NCBI RefSeq assembly: GCF_000315625.1
Contig: NW_005434526.1
Location: 1 to 59,413, forward strand
DNA length: 59,413 nucleotides
Direction: 5' to 3'
Origin: Guillardia theta CCMP2712
Lineage: Eukaryota > Protista > Cryptophyta
Positions 59,371 through 59,413 of the stretch are shown piece by piece; the stretch's first letter is position 1; every line of letters starts with the position of its first letter. Below the pieces are notes generated by a model. That model saw only the letters and a list, made by a program, of their open reading frames with translations. It had not been told where the DNA came from and ran no database searches. A program made the translations under genes and the position numbers.

Positions 59371-59413
59371 AGATACTCAAAATCAATATATCCTCCTCCT
59401 CCTCCACCACCTC

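Overview
Eukaryotic nuclear DNA, GC-rich, with short GT-AG introns and purine/pyrimidine low-complexity tracts. The style and gene content suggest a cryptophyte alga such as Guillardia or Hanusia; this is inference, not a database match. The window holds about 10 small RWP-RK-type transcription factor genes. Five are dispersed in 1-23 kb. Five lie in a 39.3-51.1 kb block made of a ~2.1-kb tandem array bracketed by an inverted repeat. Ordinary genes include an R-S-E ADP-ribosyltransferase/ankyrin fusion, an Hsp70-interacting protein (HIP/ST13) with a signal peptide and an RLRGG-ending leader, an ARM-repeat protein, a probable plastid protein with an integrase-repeat-like domain, a Cys-containing LRR protein, a CFAP52/WDR16-like WD40 protein and the 3' end of an FAH-family hydrolase. 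The most striking feature is a 3.3-kb intronless, gene-dense, virus-like insert (46065-49381). It encodes a Cys-rich membrane glycoprotein, an IAP-type RING protein and a small Cys protein. It replaces 24 bp inside one array unit, with no target-site duplication or terminal repeats, and both junctions can be read by comparison with the empty sister units. Exon boundaries were read by eye and are approximate where stated.
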